Shown here: positions 44,311-53,809 of the stretch, in pieces
Layout of the letters: each line of letters begins with the position of its first letter
Numbering within the stretch: the stretch's first letter is position 1
Assembly (NCBI GenBank): GCA_902792295.1
Contig: CADAZC010000002.1
Location: 2,803-66,802, forward strand
Direction: 5' to 3'
DNA from: an uncultured Eubacteriales bacterium
GTDB taxonomy: Bacteria > Bacillota > Clostridia > Christensenellales > CAG-138
DNA: 64,000 nt
Program-made: the position numbers and the translations under genes
The notes under the pieces: generated by a model
The model's database searches: none
The model's input: only the letters and a program-made list of their open reading frames with translations
What the model was told of the DNA's origin: nothing

Positions 44311-44523
44311 ATGAAAGACTTTTTCCAGGAGCATAAATGGGCGGTGATCCTGAGCGTTCTGGCGCTGATCATTGTGCTGTTGATCTATCTGATCGGCTGG
44401 TGGACGCTGCTGGCGGTCATTCTGGTTGCCGTCGCCGTTTTCTTCGGCCGTATGATCGATCGCGGCGGATTCGACGCGGTCAAAGACTTCTTCCGGAATC
44501 TGTTCAAAGGAAAACACGCATGA
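44311..44523 (+). CDS. DUF2273 small integral membrane protein
   Basis: 70 aa with two TM segments: HKWAVILSVLALIIVLLIYLIGWWTLLAVILVAVAVFFG. This family usually accompanies Asp23 genes. Confidence 0.75.
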   Translation: MKDFFQEHKWAVILSVLALIIVLLIYLIGWWTLLAVILVAVAVFFGRMIDRGGFDAVKDFFRNLFKGKHA

Positions 44524-44936
44524 GCCATACACTGTCAAGAGAAATCGCCATGAAGCGTCTCTATGCGGAGACGGTCGGCGGCGTCGATTCGATGGAGGAT
44601 GCGCTGGAGCAGTCCGAGCGGGGCATGCTCACGGAGGAGGACATGCTCTTCTCCGATCGCCTCTATGAGGGCGTTCGCGCGCATCTTTCCGAGATTGATG
44701 CGGAAATCGAACAATATGCAAAAGACTGGTCGATCGGCAGAATCGCAAAGGTTGACCTGTCGATCCTTCGCGTTGCGGTCTACGAGATCCTGTATGAATC
44801 CGGAATCCCGGTCGGCGCAACCGTGAACGAAGCGGTCGAGATCGCCAAAGAATTCGGCGGCGAGAAATCGGCGGGATTCATCAACGGCGTTCTGGGCGCC
44901 GTGGCAAAGTCACACGAAGCATGCACAAACCGTTGA
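44520..44936 (+). CDS. nusB: Transcription antitermination factor NusB
   Basis: I trimmed the ORF to ATG 44520, which overlaps the DUF2273 stop. The protein is 138 aa: REIAMKRLYA...W.IGRIAKVDLSILRVAVYEILY...P..ATVNEAVEIAKEFGGEKSAGFINGVLG. Confidence 0.9.
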   Translation: MSHTLSREIAMKRLYAETVGGVDSMEDALEQSERGMLTEEDMLFSDRLYEGVRAHLSEIDAEIEQYAKDWSIGRIAKVDLSILRVAVYEILYESGIPVGATVNEAVEIAKEFGGEKSAGFINGVLGAVAKSHEACTNR

Positions 44937-45874
44937 GTCTCGGAATCGACACGAGCTGTTACACCACCTCGGTCGCATGTACGGATGGAAAGAGCATCGT
45001 CTTTTCAAAGGGGACGATGCTTTCCGTGGCTTTTGGAGAACGCGGTTTACGGCAGTCCGAAGGGCTGTTTCAGCATGTCAAACAGCTTTCTCCGCTGCTT
45101 TGCGACCTGTTCGCGGCGATCGACAGAAGCGATATCGCCTGCATTTCCGTGAGCGCGGCGCCGACAGCGGAGCCCGAAAGCTACATGCCCGTATTTCTGG
45201 CGGGGCTGCATCAGGCGGAGACGCTTGCGGCGGCGCTCGGGGTGCCGCTTGTCCGCACGAACCATCAGAGCGGACACATTCGCGCTGCGCTGTTCGGAAA
45301 CGAAACGCTGCTGAACCGAGACCGGTTTTATGCCGTTCACATCAGCGGCGGAACGACGGATCTGATGATCGTCGAGCCGCATATTTCGGAGCCGTACCGC
45401 ATCGAAACGATCGGACGTTCCACAGACCTGCACGCGGGGCAGTTTGTCGACCGCGTCGGCGTGGCGCTGTCGCTTCCGTTCCCGGCGGGAAAGCATCTCG
45501 AAGCGCTTGCCGTGCGGGCGGAGCAGAGGGACGTCAAACTGACAAGCGCCGTCAAGGGCACGGATTGCTCCTTCTCCGGCGCGGAGACCGCAGCGCAGCG
45601 GCTTTTGCATACCGTTCCCGACGCGGAACTTGCATACGGCGTCTATGACTGTCTTGCAAGAACGCTGTCCAAGATGTTCAAAAACGCCGTGCAGGCATAC
45701 GGCGACATGCCGTTTCTGGTTTGCGGCGGCGTTGCGTCGTCTGCGCTTTTGCGGGAACTCCTCAAAAAGCGCTTTGCCGGCGATCTGTATTTCGGCAGAC
45801 CGGAGCTGTCCTCCGACAATGCGGTCGGGGTCGCGGCGATCGGCGCGGATCGGAGCGGACTATGGAAACAATGA
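44921..45874 (+). CDS. TsaD/Kae1 (peptidase M22, ASKHA fold) family paralog
   Basis: 317 aa with LSLGIDTSCYTTSVA (compare GIETSCDET) and the metal site NHQSGHIRAA (HxxxH). It also has HISGGTTD and FLVCGGVASSALLRELL. It overlaps both the nusB end and the xseA start. Confidence 0.7.
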   Translation: MHKPLSLGIDTSCYTTSVACTDGKSIVFSKGTMLSVAFGERGLRQSEGLFQHVKQLSPLLCDLFAAIDRSDIACISVSAAPTAEPESYMPVFLAGLHQAETLAAALGVPLVRTNHQSGHIRAALFGNETLLNRDRFYAVHISGGTTDLMIVEPHISEPYRIETIGRSTDLHAGQFVDRVGVALSLPFPAGKHLEALAVRAEQRDVKLTSAVKGTDCSFSGAETAAQRLLHTVPDAELAYGVYDCLARTLSKMFKNAVQAYGDMPFLVCGGVASSALLRELLKKRFAGDLYFGRPELSSDNAVGVAAIGADRSGLWKQ

Positions 45875-47073
45875 AACCCGTTTTTTCGGTGCATGAGCTG
45901 ACCGAATACGTCGATCTGATGCTCGGCTTCGATCCGAATCTCAAGGAGCTTGCCGTGGAAGGCGAGCTCGAAGGCGTCAAACGTCATGCCTCCGGGCATC
46001 TGTATTTCACGCTGAAGGACGAGCTTGCTTCGGTCAACTGCGTGATGTTTCGCCAGTATGTGCAGGGGCTTCGGTTCCTTCCGAAGGACGGACAGCGTGT
46101 CCGGCTGGCGGGCAGGGCGTCGCTGTACCAGAAGGACGGACGGTTCCAACTGATGGCGACCGGACTTATCGCAAAGGGCGACGGCTCGCTGTACGCCGCG
46201 TTCGCCGCCTATAAGGAGCAGCTGAAAACGCTCGGCTGGTTCGATGAATCGCAGAAAAAGCCGGTCCCGTTTCTGCCGAGGGCGGTCGGTCTGGTAACAA
46301 GCGCAAGCGGCGCGGCACGGCACGACGTCGAAACGGTCATCGGACGCCGGTTTCCGTCCATGCCGATCGTGTTCTATCCGGCGTCGGTGCAGGGCACGGG
46401 CGCGGCAAAGGAGATCGCCGACGCGATCGATCTTGCGGACGCCGAAAAACGCTGCGACGTACTGATCGTCGGACGCGGCGGCGGAAGCATGGAGGACCTT
46501 TGGCCGTTCAACGAGCCGCCCGTGGCGGAAGCGATTCATCGCTGCACGATTCCCGTGATTTCCGCCGTCGGACATGAAACCGATTTTTCGATCAGCGACT
46601 ACGTCGCGGATCTGCGCGCGCCGACGCCTTCCGCCGCGGCGGAGCTTGCCGTTCCGGAACGTGACGCGCTGCATGCGACGCTGTCGGCGCTCGGCGACCG
46701 TCTCGGCAATGTGCTGCAGCACGGGATCCGCGCAAAATCCGACCGGCTGAAGCTTTTATGGGGCGACGCTGTGCACATGCGCGTTCACCGCGCGATCGAA
46801 CAGCGGCGGCAGACTGCGGACGAAAACCGCGCTGCGATCACTCTGCGGTGCGAACGGATCCTGGAATCGCAGAATCACCGGCTGGAACGCGAAAAAGAAC
46901 GGCTGTATGCGTACAGCCCGCAGCGCACTCTTGAACGCGGTTTTGCGCTGATCGACGACGGAAAAGGGACCATTCTCACTTCGGTCCGGCAGACGGAACC
47001 GGGCGATTCCGTTTCGATCCGGTTTGCGGACGGAACGGCACATGCGGAGATCACCGGAAAGGAAACAGTATGA
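45862..47073 (+). CDS. xseA: Exodeoxyribonuclease VII large subunit
   Basis: I trimmed the ORF to ATG 45862. The N-terminal OB fold reads VFSVHELTEYVDLML...VEGELEGVKRHASGHLYFTLKD. The catalytic region reads VGLVTSASGAARHDV and LIVGRGGGSMEDLWPFN. Confidence 0.92.
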   Translation: METMKPVFSVHELTEYVDLMLGFDPNLKELAVEGELEGVKRHASGHLYFTLKDELASVNCVMFRQYVQGLRFLPKDGQRVRLAGRASLYQKDGRFQLMATGLIAKGDGSLYAAFAAYKEQLKTLGWFDESQKKPVPFLPRAVGLVTSASGAARHDVETVIGRRFPSMPIVFYPASVQGTGAAKEIADAIDLADAEKRCDVLIVGRGGGSMEDLWPFNEPPVAEAIHRCTIPVISAVGHETDFSISDYVADLRAPTPSAAAELAVPERDALHATLSALGDRLGNVLQHGIRAKSDRLKLLWGDAVHMRVHRAIEQRRQTADENRAAITLRCERILESQNHRLEREKERLYAYSPQRTLERGFALIDDGKGTILTSVRQTEPGDSVSIRFADGTAHAEITGKETV

Positions 47074-47261
47074 AAGAACAAACCTTTGAGGAAAAACAGG
47101 AACAACTGGAAGCGATCGTTGCACAGCTCGAGACCGGCAACGTTCCCCTTGCGGAAATGATCTCGCTGTTCGAGCAGGGAGAAGCGCTTTATCGCGAATG
47201 CGTACAGACGCTCGACGCCTATGAAAAGCGCCTGAACGAATCGGAAAAGGAGAAGGAATGA
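47070..47261 (+). CDS. xseB: Exodeoxyribonuclease VII small subunit
   Basis: 63 aa: TFEEKQEQLEAIVAQLETGNVPLAEMISLFEQGEALYRECVQTL. Confidence 0.9.
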   Translation: MKEQTFEEKQEQLEAIVAQLETGNVPLAEMISLFEQGEALYRECVQTLDAYEKRLNESEKEKE

Positions 47262-48055
47262 TGCAGAGAACGGAGCGTATTGAGCACGCCCTGCGCACCT
47301 ATATGGCGGAAGATACATCCGTACCGCTTTTGAACGAAAGCATGGCGTACAGTCTTTTGGACGGCGGGAAACGCATTCGGCCACAGCTTTTGCTGCTTGT
47401 CAATTCCATGCTCGGCGGGAGTGAGGAACAGGCAATGCCGTTCGCGTGCGCGCTGGAAATGGTGCATTGCTATTCCCTGATCCACGACGATCTTCCGGCG
47501 ATGGACAACGATGCGATCCGGCGCGGCAAGCCGAGCAATCATGTGCGGTTCGGTGAAGCGAACGCCATTCTTGCAGGCGACGCGCTGCTGACCAAAGCGG
47601 CGCTCGTGCTGTTCTCACAGCGAGGGAACGATGAGGCGAAGCAGGCGATCTTCGAGGGCGCGTACGCCATGGGCAGCGGGCAAAGCGACGATCTGAACCT
47701 CACGGAACGCAGCGCGGAGGTGCTGGAACGCATCCACCTCAACAAGACCGGCGCGTTGTTCCGTGCGGCATGCGTCGCAGGCGCGTACCTGTCCGATCCC
47801 CGCAAGGCGGAGTCGATGCGCATCTTCGGCGATACGCTCGGTCTGTTGTTTCAGATGACGGACGATCTTCTGGACGAGGAGAAGGACCGGGAGGAAGGCA
47901 AGCTGACCTATGTGACCTTCTACGGAAGGGAAAAGACCGTGGGCTATATTGAGGAAGCGGCGCACCGTGCAGAGGCGATCCTTGCGCCGTACACGGGCGA
48001 GGCGGCGGAGACGCTGCGTGAACTGATACATACATTACGGAGCAGAACGATTTAA
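47258..48055 (+). CDS. ispA: (2E,6E)-farnesyl diphosphate synthase / polyprenyl synthetase
   Basis: 265 aa with the first Asp-rich motif LIHDDLPAMDND and the second FQMTDDLLD. Confidence 0.88.
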   Translation: MMQRTERIEHALRTYMAEDTSVPLLNESMAYSLLDGGKRIRPQLLLLVNSMLGGSEEQAMPFACALEMVHCYSLIHDDLPAMDNDAIRRGKPSNHVRFGEANAILAGDALLTKAALVLFSQRGNDEAKQAIFEGAYAMGSGQSDDLNLTERSAEVLERIHLNKTGALFRAACVAGAYLSDPRKAESMRIFGDTLGLLFQMTDDLLDEEKDREEGKLTYVTFYGREKTVGYIEEAAHRAEAILAPYTGEAAETLRELIHTLRSRTI

Positions 48056-48056
48056 A

Positions 48057-49886
48057 ATGAGCTATCCGATCCTGGATACAATCAACGGAATACAGGACCT
48101 CAAAGCGCTGGATGAAAAACAGCTTCCCGCGCTTTGTGAAGAGCTGCGCGCGTTTTTGATCGAGCACGTGTCCAAAACGGGCGGGCATCTTGCGTCAAGT
48201 CTCGGTGCGGTCGATCTGATCGTTGCAATGCATTACGTGTTTGACAGTCCGAACGACAAGATGATCTTCGACGTCGGGCATCAGGCGTACGCACACAAGA
48301 TCCTCACGGGCAGAAAGGACGCGTTTGACACGCTTCGGCAGGAAAACGGCATTTCCGGTTTTCCGAAGTTCTCCGAAAGCGAGCATGACGTGTTCAATAC
48401 CGGGCATGCAAGCACCGCGATCTCGGCGGCGCTCGGGCTTGCGCGTGCAATGCGGCTGAACGGAGACAAACACATGGCGGTCGCGCTGGTCGGCGACGGA
48501 GCCATGACCGGCGGACTCTCGTTCGAAGCGCTCGACGACGCCGGGCAGGACAAGCTGCCGCTTCTGATCATCTTAAACGACAATCAGATGTCGATCTCGA
48601 AGAACGTCGGCGGACTCAAAAACTCGCTGACGCTGATGCGAACGAACCGGACGTACAACACGTTCAAACGCTGGCTGACCGGCGTGCTGGAAACAAGCCG
48701 TTTCGGGAAGTTCCTGAGCCGGCACATGGAACACTTCAAGAACCGTGCGAAGCGCTTTTTCGCACCGAATCTGCCGTTTGAGGAGTTCGGAATCCTGTAT
48801 CTCGGGCCGATCGACGGTCACGATGTCAGGAAGATTGTCAAATATCTGCGTCGATGCAAAGAACTGAACAAGCCGATGATCCTGCATGCGATCACCACAA
48901 AGGGAAAGGGGTATCCGTTCGCCGTCGACAATCCGGAGAAGTTCCACGGCATCGCGCCGTTTGACGTGATGACCGGAAAGGTCAGTCCGGAACGGCAGAA
49001 AACCTGCTCCGAACTCTTCGGCGAAACAATGGTCCGGCTGGCAAAGGAGAATGAAAAGCTCGTGGCGATCACCGCGGCGATGCCGACCGGCACGGGGCTG
49101 ACGGAGTTCGCGGAGAAATATCCCGACCGGTTTTTCGACGTCGGCATTGCGGAAGCGCATGCCGTCACGATGGCGGCGGGACTCGCGCGCGGCGGGCTCA
49201 GACCTGTTGTTGCGGTCTATTCGTCATTTTTGCAGCGTGCTTACGATTCGCTGCTGCACGATGTTTGTCTGCAGAATCTTCCGGTCGTGATTGCGCTGGA
49301 TCGTTCGGGGCTTGTCGGCGCCGACGGAGAGACGCATCAGGGCGTATTCGACCCGGCGTTCCTTTCGACAATGCCGAATCTTGCCGTGTACGCGCCTTCG
49401 TCGCAGAAGGAGCTTGTCGCCATGCTGGAGATGGCGATATCCCGGACGGAACCGAGCGTGGTGCGCTATCCGCGCGGGTCGCTTCCGGATGTTCCGATGA
49501 AAACCAGACTGTATTTCGGCGAATGGGAAATCGTCGAACCGCTGCAAAAGACCGTGATCGTCACGCACGGAACGCTGCTTGCGCTTGCGAGATGGATCGC
49601 CAAAAAGCACGGTATCGGTCTTGTGAACGCACGGTTTTTGCAGCCGATGGATGAGGAGATCCTCACATATTTCAGGGACAATGATATCCGCGTTCTGGTA
49701 CTGGAGGAGAACACCGTTTCGCTCGGTGAAAAAATCGCGCTCGCGGTCAGTCCCTGCCGCGTTCGTTCGATCGCGCTCCCGACCGAGCCGATCACGCATG
49801 CGTCGGTTGCAAGACAGCGCGAACGCTATGGGTTCACCGAGGAATCGGTTACAAAGGCGCTTACGGAGCTGATGGAGGAAGCATGA
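48057..49886 (+). CDS. dxs: 1-deoxy-D-xylulose-5-phosphate synthase
   Basis: 609 aa: GGHLASSLGAVDLIVAMHYVF, DVGHQAYAHKILTGR, the TPP motif GDGAMTGG and DVGIAEAHAVT. Confidence 0.95.
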   Translation: MSYPILDTINGIQDLKALDEKQLPALCEELRAFLIEHVSKTGGHLASSLGAVDLIVAMHYVFDSPNDKMIFDVGHQAYAHKILTGRKDAFDTLRQENGISGFPKFSESEHDVFNTGHASTAISAALGLARAMRLNGDKHMAVALVGDGAMTGGLSFEALDDAGQDKLPLLIILNDNQMSISKNVGGLKNSLTLMRTNRTYNTFKRWLTGVLETSRFGKFLSRHMEHFKNRAKRFFAPNLPFEEFGILYLGPIDGHDVRKIVKYLRRCKELNKPMILHAITTKGKGYPFAVDNPEKFHGIAPFDVMTGKVSPERQKTCSELFGETMVRLAKENEKLVAITAAMPTGTGLTEFAEKYPDRFFDVGIAEAHAVTMAAGLARGGLRPVVAVYSSFLQRAYDSLLHDVCLQNLPVVIALDRSGLVGADGETHQGVFDPAFLSTMPNLAVYAPSSQKELVAMLEMAISRTEPSVVRYPRGSLPDVPMKTRLYFGEWEIVEPLQKTVIVTHGTLLALARWIAKKHGIGLVNARFLQPMDEEILTYFRDNDIRVLVLEENTVSLGEKIALAVSPCRVRSIALPTEPITHASVARQRERYGFTEESVTKALTELMEEA

Positions 49887-50704
49887 CAAAGGTTCGGCTG
49901 GATGTGGAAATGACCGCGAGAGGGCTTTGCCCCTCCCGCGAGAAGGCACGCGCGCTGATCCTTGCTGGTGTGGTCCGTGTCAACGGCGTGCGCGCCGAGA
50001 AGGCGGGGCAGGAGATTCCGGCGGATGCGGAGGTTACCGTGGTCGAGGATGCGATCCCGTTCGTCAGCCGCGGCGGACTGAAACTCGACAAAGCGGTCAG
50101 AGTGTTTCCGATTGATCTGAACGGCCGCGTCTGCGCGGATATCGGCGCATCGACCGGCGGGTTCACGGACGTCATGCTGAAAAACGGAGCAAAACGCGTC
50201 TATTCGATCGACGTCGGCTATGGTCAGCTGGACTGGTCGCTGCGCAACGATCCGCGGGTTACGGTCATGGAGCGTACCAATGCGCGCTTTATGACGCCGG
50301 AATGGTTCCCGGAGCCGATCACATTCGCGTCGATTGACGTTTCGTTCATTTCTCTCCGGCTGATTCTGCCGCCGCTGTATGCAAGTCTTCAAGAGACGGG
50401 CGAAGTTGTTGCGCTGATCAAACCGCAGTTTGAGGCGGGGCGTGCGGAGATCGGAAAGAACGGCGTGGTGCGTGATGCGGCGGTGCATGAGCGTGTGATC
50501 CGTGAGATGCTTGCCTTTGCGGAGCAGACCGGATACAGCGTCAGGGGACTGTCGTTTTCACCCATTACAGGTCCGAAAGGCAATATCGAGTTTCTTTTAT
50601 ACATGGCGAAAGGCGGTCCCAAAAACGACGCATCCCTGCATAAAATCTCGGACTCCATCCCGGAAATTGTAGAAAATGCGCACTTTTTGGGCAAAAACAG
50701 TTAA
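49883..50704 (+). CDS. tlyA: TlyA family rRNA (cytidine-2'-O)-methyltransferase
   Basis: 273 aa. An N-terminal S4 domain (RLDVEMTARGLCPSREKARALI) is followed by FVSRGGLKLDKA and the SAM motif CADIGASTGGFTD. Confidence 0.88.
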   Translation: MTKVRLDVEMTARGLCPSREKARALILAGVVRVNGVRAEKAGQEIPADAEVTVVEDAIPFVSRGGLKLDKAVRVFPIDLNGRVCADIGASTGGFTDVMLKNGAKRVYSIDVGYGQLDWSLRNDPRVTVMERTNARFMTPEWFPEPITFASIDVSFISLRLILPPLYASLQETGEVVALIKPQFEAGRAEIGKNGVVRDAAVHERVIREMLAFAEQTGYSVRGLSFSPITGPKGNIEFLLYMAKGGPKNDASLHKISDSIPEIVENAHFLGKNS

Positions 50705-50722
50705 AGATTATTCATAATTTCC

Positions 50723-50751
50723 TTGCCATTTTCATTTTTCGATTGTATAAT
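50723..50751 (+). promoter_or_regulatory. Sigma-A-type promoter candidate (TTGCCA-17-TATAAT) upstream of nadK
   Basis: Near-consensus pattern about 35 nt upstream of ATG 50786. Confidence 0.55.
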
Positions 50752-50785
50752 GAATGAGTAATATTCACAGGTGGGAGGTTGCGCT

Positions 50786-51571
50786 ATGCACCTTATTTTT
50801 GCGGTGCATACCGGAAAAGCATCGCTTGTGACCGTAGCCGGACGGCTTATCGACATGGCGGAGGCAGAGGGATTTACCTGCTCGATGCTTGATCCGAACG
50901 GCGTGGTGAAGCCGAGTGAAGACGCGGCGATCGTCGCTGTCGGCGGAGACGGAAACTTCATTCGCACCGCGCAGATCGCATGCCGCAACGGTCTTCCGCT
51001 GTTCGGCGTCAACTGCGGACGGATCGGTTTTCTGACCGAGTGGACGGAGGACCGTTTCCCGGAAGTGCTGAAGCTGCTGCGCGACGGCGCGTACACGATC
51101 GAAAAACGATCCATGCTTGCCGTCGATGTGAACGGGGAACACCTTCGGGACTGCTTCAACGATCTTCTGATCTACAAGCACTCGTTTTCCGGCGTGATGG
51201 AGATCTCGCTTGAAATCAACGGGCTGGAAGCGGGCAGTCTGTTCGGGGACGGACTGATCGTCGCCACGTCGACCGGTTCAACGGGATATTCGCTTTCCGC
51301 GGGCGGTCCGATCGTTGCGGACGGACTGGAAACAATGGTCGTCACGCCGATCTGCGCGCATACGCTGCATTTTCGCCCGGTGGTCTGTTCGATGGATTCG
51401 TCCGTCACGATCACCATGGACGCAAAAGGGGTATTGGCCGCCGACGGAGACCGGTTCCGTTCCGTTTCGAAAGGCGACCGCATCACGGTCACCCGTTCGG
51501 AGCAGGTCACAAAGCTGATGACATTCCGGAATCGCAATCTGTTCCGTCTGATTTCGGAAAAACTGATTTAA
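50786..51571 (+). CDS. nadK: NAD kinase
   Basis: ATG 50786 follows the SD GGGAGG. The protein is 261 aa with GGDGNFIR, NCGRIGFLTE and STGSTGYSLSAGGPIV. Confidence 0.9.
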   Translation: MHLIFAVHTGKASLVTVAGRLIDMAEAEGFTCSMLDPNGVVKPSEDAAIVAVGGDGNFIRTAQIACRNGLPLFGVNCGRIGFLTEWTEDRFPEVLKLLRDGAYTIEKRSMLAVDVNGEHLRDCFNDLLIYKHSFSGVMEISLEINGLEAGSLFGDGLIVATSTGSTGYSLSAGGPIVADGLETMVVTPICAHTLHFRPVVCSMDSSVTITMDAKGVLAADGDRFRSVSKGDRITVTRSEQVTKLMTFRNRNLFRLISEKLI

Positions 51572-51587
51572 TTTGAGGTATGGAGTA

Positions 51588-52037
51588 ATGAAACCGAAAA
51601 GACATGCAATGATTTTGAAGCTGATCGCAGCAGAAAACATTGAAACGCAGGAGGAACTTGCGGCGCTTTTGAGCGCGCAGGGGTTCCATGTGACGCAGGC
51701 AACCGTCTCGCGTGACATCAAGGAACTGCGTCTGATCAAGGTTCTTACGGGAGAGGGACGTTATAAATATGCAACGGTCGAGAAGGCGGAATCCGATTTG
51801 CAGGAGCGCTTTATTCGCCTGTTCGGAAACTGCGTCGTTTCCATCACGTCCGCGGGCAACCTGATCGTCGTCAAAACGATGGCGGGCAGCGCGGCCGTTG
51901 CGGCGGAAGCGATCGATTCCATGAAATGGCCGGAGATCGCAGGTTCCATCGCGGGCGACAATACCGTGTTCGTCGCCGTGCGTGAGGGAAAGAACGTTTC
52001 CGAAATCATCAAGAAGTTCCAGAAAATGATGAAATAA
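51588..52037 (+). CDS. argR: Arginine repressor
   Basis: ATG 51588 has the SD GAGG. The protein is 149 aa. The N-terminal winged helix reads RHAMILKLIAAENIETQEELAALLSAQGFHVTQATVSRDIKEL. The C-terminal motif reads GSIAGDNTVFV. Confidence 0.9.
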   Translation: MKPKRHAMILKLIAAENIETQEELAALLSAQGFHVTQATVSRDIKELRLIKVLTGEGRYKYATVEKAESDLQERFIRLFGNCVVSITSAGNLIVVKTMAGSAAVAAEAIDSMKWPEIAGSIAGDNTVFVAVREGKNVSEIIKKFQKMMK

Positions 52038-52048
52038 CGGAGGGCGTT

Positions 52049-53722
52049 GTGCTCACTCGTTTACAAGTTACGAATATTGCTTTGATAGATAAGTCCGACA
52101 TTGCTTTCGATGCGGGCTTTTCTGTATTGACCGGCGAAACGGGCGCAGGCAAATCGATCCTCATCGAGTCGGTCAGCTTTGTGCTCGGCGAGCGCGCAAG
52201 CCGCGAAAGCATTCGCACCGGCGCCGACAAAGCCGCAGTCGAAGCGACGTTCCTGCTTGCAAAGGATTCGCCTGTGAAAGCATATCTTGCCGAACATCAG
52301 CTTGACAACGGCGACGAACTCGTGCTGTACCGCGAGCTGTCTGTAAGCGGCAGAAACGTCTGCCGTGTAAACGGCGTTCTGGTCAGCACCGCGGAGCTCA
52401 AAGCGGTCGGAGACCTGCTGGTCGACCTGCACGGACAGCACGCGCACCAGTCGCTTCTGAATCCGGAAACGCACCTCGAGCTCATCGACGCATACGCCAA
52501 GAGCGATTCGGACGGTTTGAAATCACGCGTCGAGCAGGCAAGACAGGACGCCTTGCAGGCGGAGCGTGATCTGAATATTTTGAAAAACGGTCTGCAGGAG
52601 CGCGCAAGGCGGCTCGATGCGATCGCCTATCAGCTGAAGGAAATCGACGCGGTATCGCCCGTCGACGGCGAGGAGGAGCAGCTGGAAGCCGACCGGCTCC
52701 GCATGCGGAATGCGGAAACGATCGTGGAAGGTCTGAACGCAGCGTACGACGCGCTGTTCGCCGAAGGCGGCGCGCTGTCGACGCTTTCCGACGCGCGCGA
52801 CGCGCTGAACCGCATCGGCGAATACGACGAGTCCTACCGGAAGCTTTCGGAGCGGACCGACGAAGCGTATTATTCCCTTGAGGACGTTGCGTATGAACTG
52901 CGCGACGGACGCGACGCGTTCCGGTTCGATCCCGATCTTCTCGAACAGACGGAAAGCCGTCTCGCGGCGATCCAGAACCTGAAGCGCAAGTACGGCGCAA
53001 CGATTGCCGAAATCCTGGCGTATCGCGAAAAGATCGAAAACGAATACCGCGTTCTGAACGACGGCGAAAACCGCATCGACGCGCTTGAAAAGGCATACCG
53101 GACTGCCGTCGAATCCTTCGGAACACTTGCAAAGGCGCTCTCCGACCGCCGCAAGGCGGCTTCAAAGGAATTGATGAAGGAAACTGTTGCGGAACTGAAC
53201 GACATGGGCATGCCGCACGCCGCAATGGAAACGGAATTCAGGGAGATCCCGAAGGAGCAGCTTTCGGAAACCGGCATCGACACCGTATCGTTCCTGCTTT
53301 CCGCAAACCGCGGCGAGCCGGTGAAGCCGCTCGTCAAGGTTGCAAGCGGCGGCGAAATGTCGCGCATTATGCTGGCGATGAAGGCGGCGCTGTCTGATGC
53401 GGACCGGATCGAAACGCTTATCTTCGACGAGATCGACACGGGCATTTCCGGCATGGTCGCAAACGCCGTTGCCGAAAAGATGCGTGCGCTCGGACGGAAG
53501 CATCAGGTGCTCTGCGTGACGCATCTTCCGCAGATCGCCGCGCATGCCGACGCGCAGTACGTCGCATACAAGTATTCCGATGCGGAAAAAACGCACAGCA
53601 TCACGCGCCGGCTGACCGAAGCGGAACGTCCGAAGGAAATCGCCCGTATCATGGGCAGCGGCGAGAACGACGCGGCGGCAATGGAACACGCGAAGCAGCT
53701 TCTGGAATCTGCAAAGGCATAA
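52049..53722 (+). CDS. recN: DNA repair protein RecN
   Basis: 557 aa with a GTG start after GGAGGG. Walker A is LTGETGAGKSILIES. A long coiled coil follows, then the signature ASGGEMSRIMLA and Walker B TLIFDEIDTG. Confidence 0.93.
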   Translation: MLTRLQVTNIALIDKSDIAFDAGFSVLTGETGAGKSILIESVSFVLGERASRESIRTGADKAAVEATFLLAKDSPVKAYLAEHQLDNGDELVLYRELSVSGRNVCRVNGVLVSTAELKAVGDLLVDLHGQHAHQSLLNPETHLELIDAYAKSDSDGLKSRVEQARQDALQAERDLNILKNGLQERARRLDAIAYQLKEIDAVSPVDGEEEQLEADRLRMRNAETIVEGLNAAYDALFAEGGALSTLSDARDALNRIGEYDESYRKLSERTDEAYYSLEDVAYELRDGRDAFRFDPDLLEQTESRLAAIQNLKRKYGATIAEILAYREKIENEYRVLNDGENRIDALEKAYRTAVESFGTLAKALSDRRKAASKELMKETVAELNDMGMPHAAMETEFREIPKEQLSETGIDTVSFLLSANRGEPVKPLVKVASGGEMSRIMLAMKAALSDADRIETLIFDEIDTGISGMVANAVAEKMRALGRKHQVLCVTHLPQIAAHADAQYVAYKYSDAEKTHSITRRLTEAERPKEIARIMGSGENDAAAMEHAKQLLESAKA

Positions 53723-53735
53723 CGATATCTTACGA

Positions 53736-53759
53736 AGACCTCTCCGGAGGTCTTTTTTT
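53736..53759 (+). terminator. Intrinsic terminator after recN
   Basis: AGACCTCtccgGAGGTCTTTTTTT. Confidence 0.75.
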
Positions 53760-53809
53760 GTATGCTTTTTCAAACGGTTCATATTCTAATCGAAAAGGAG
53801 TTGAACCGT

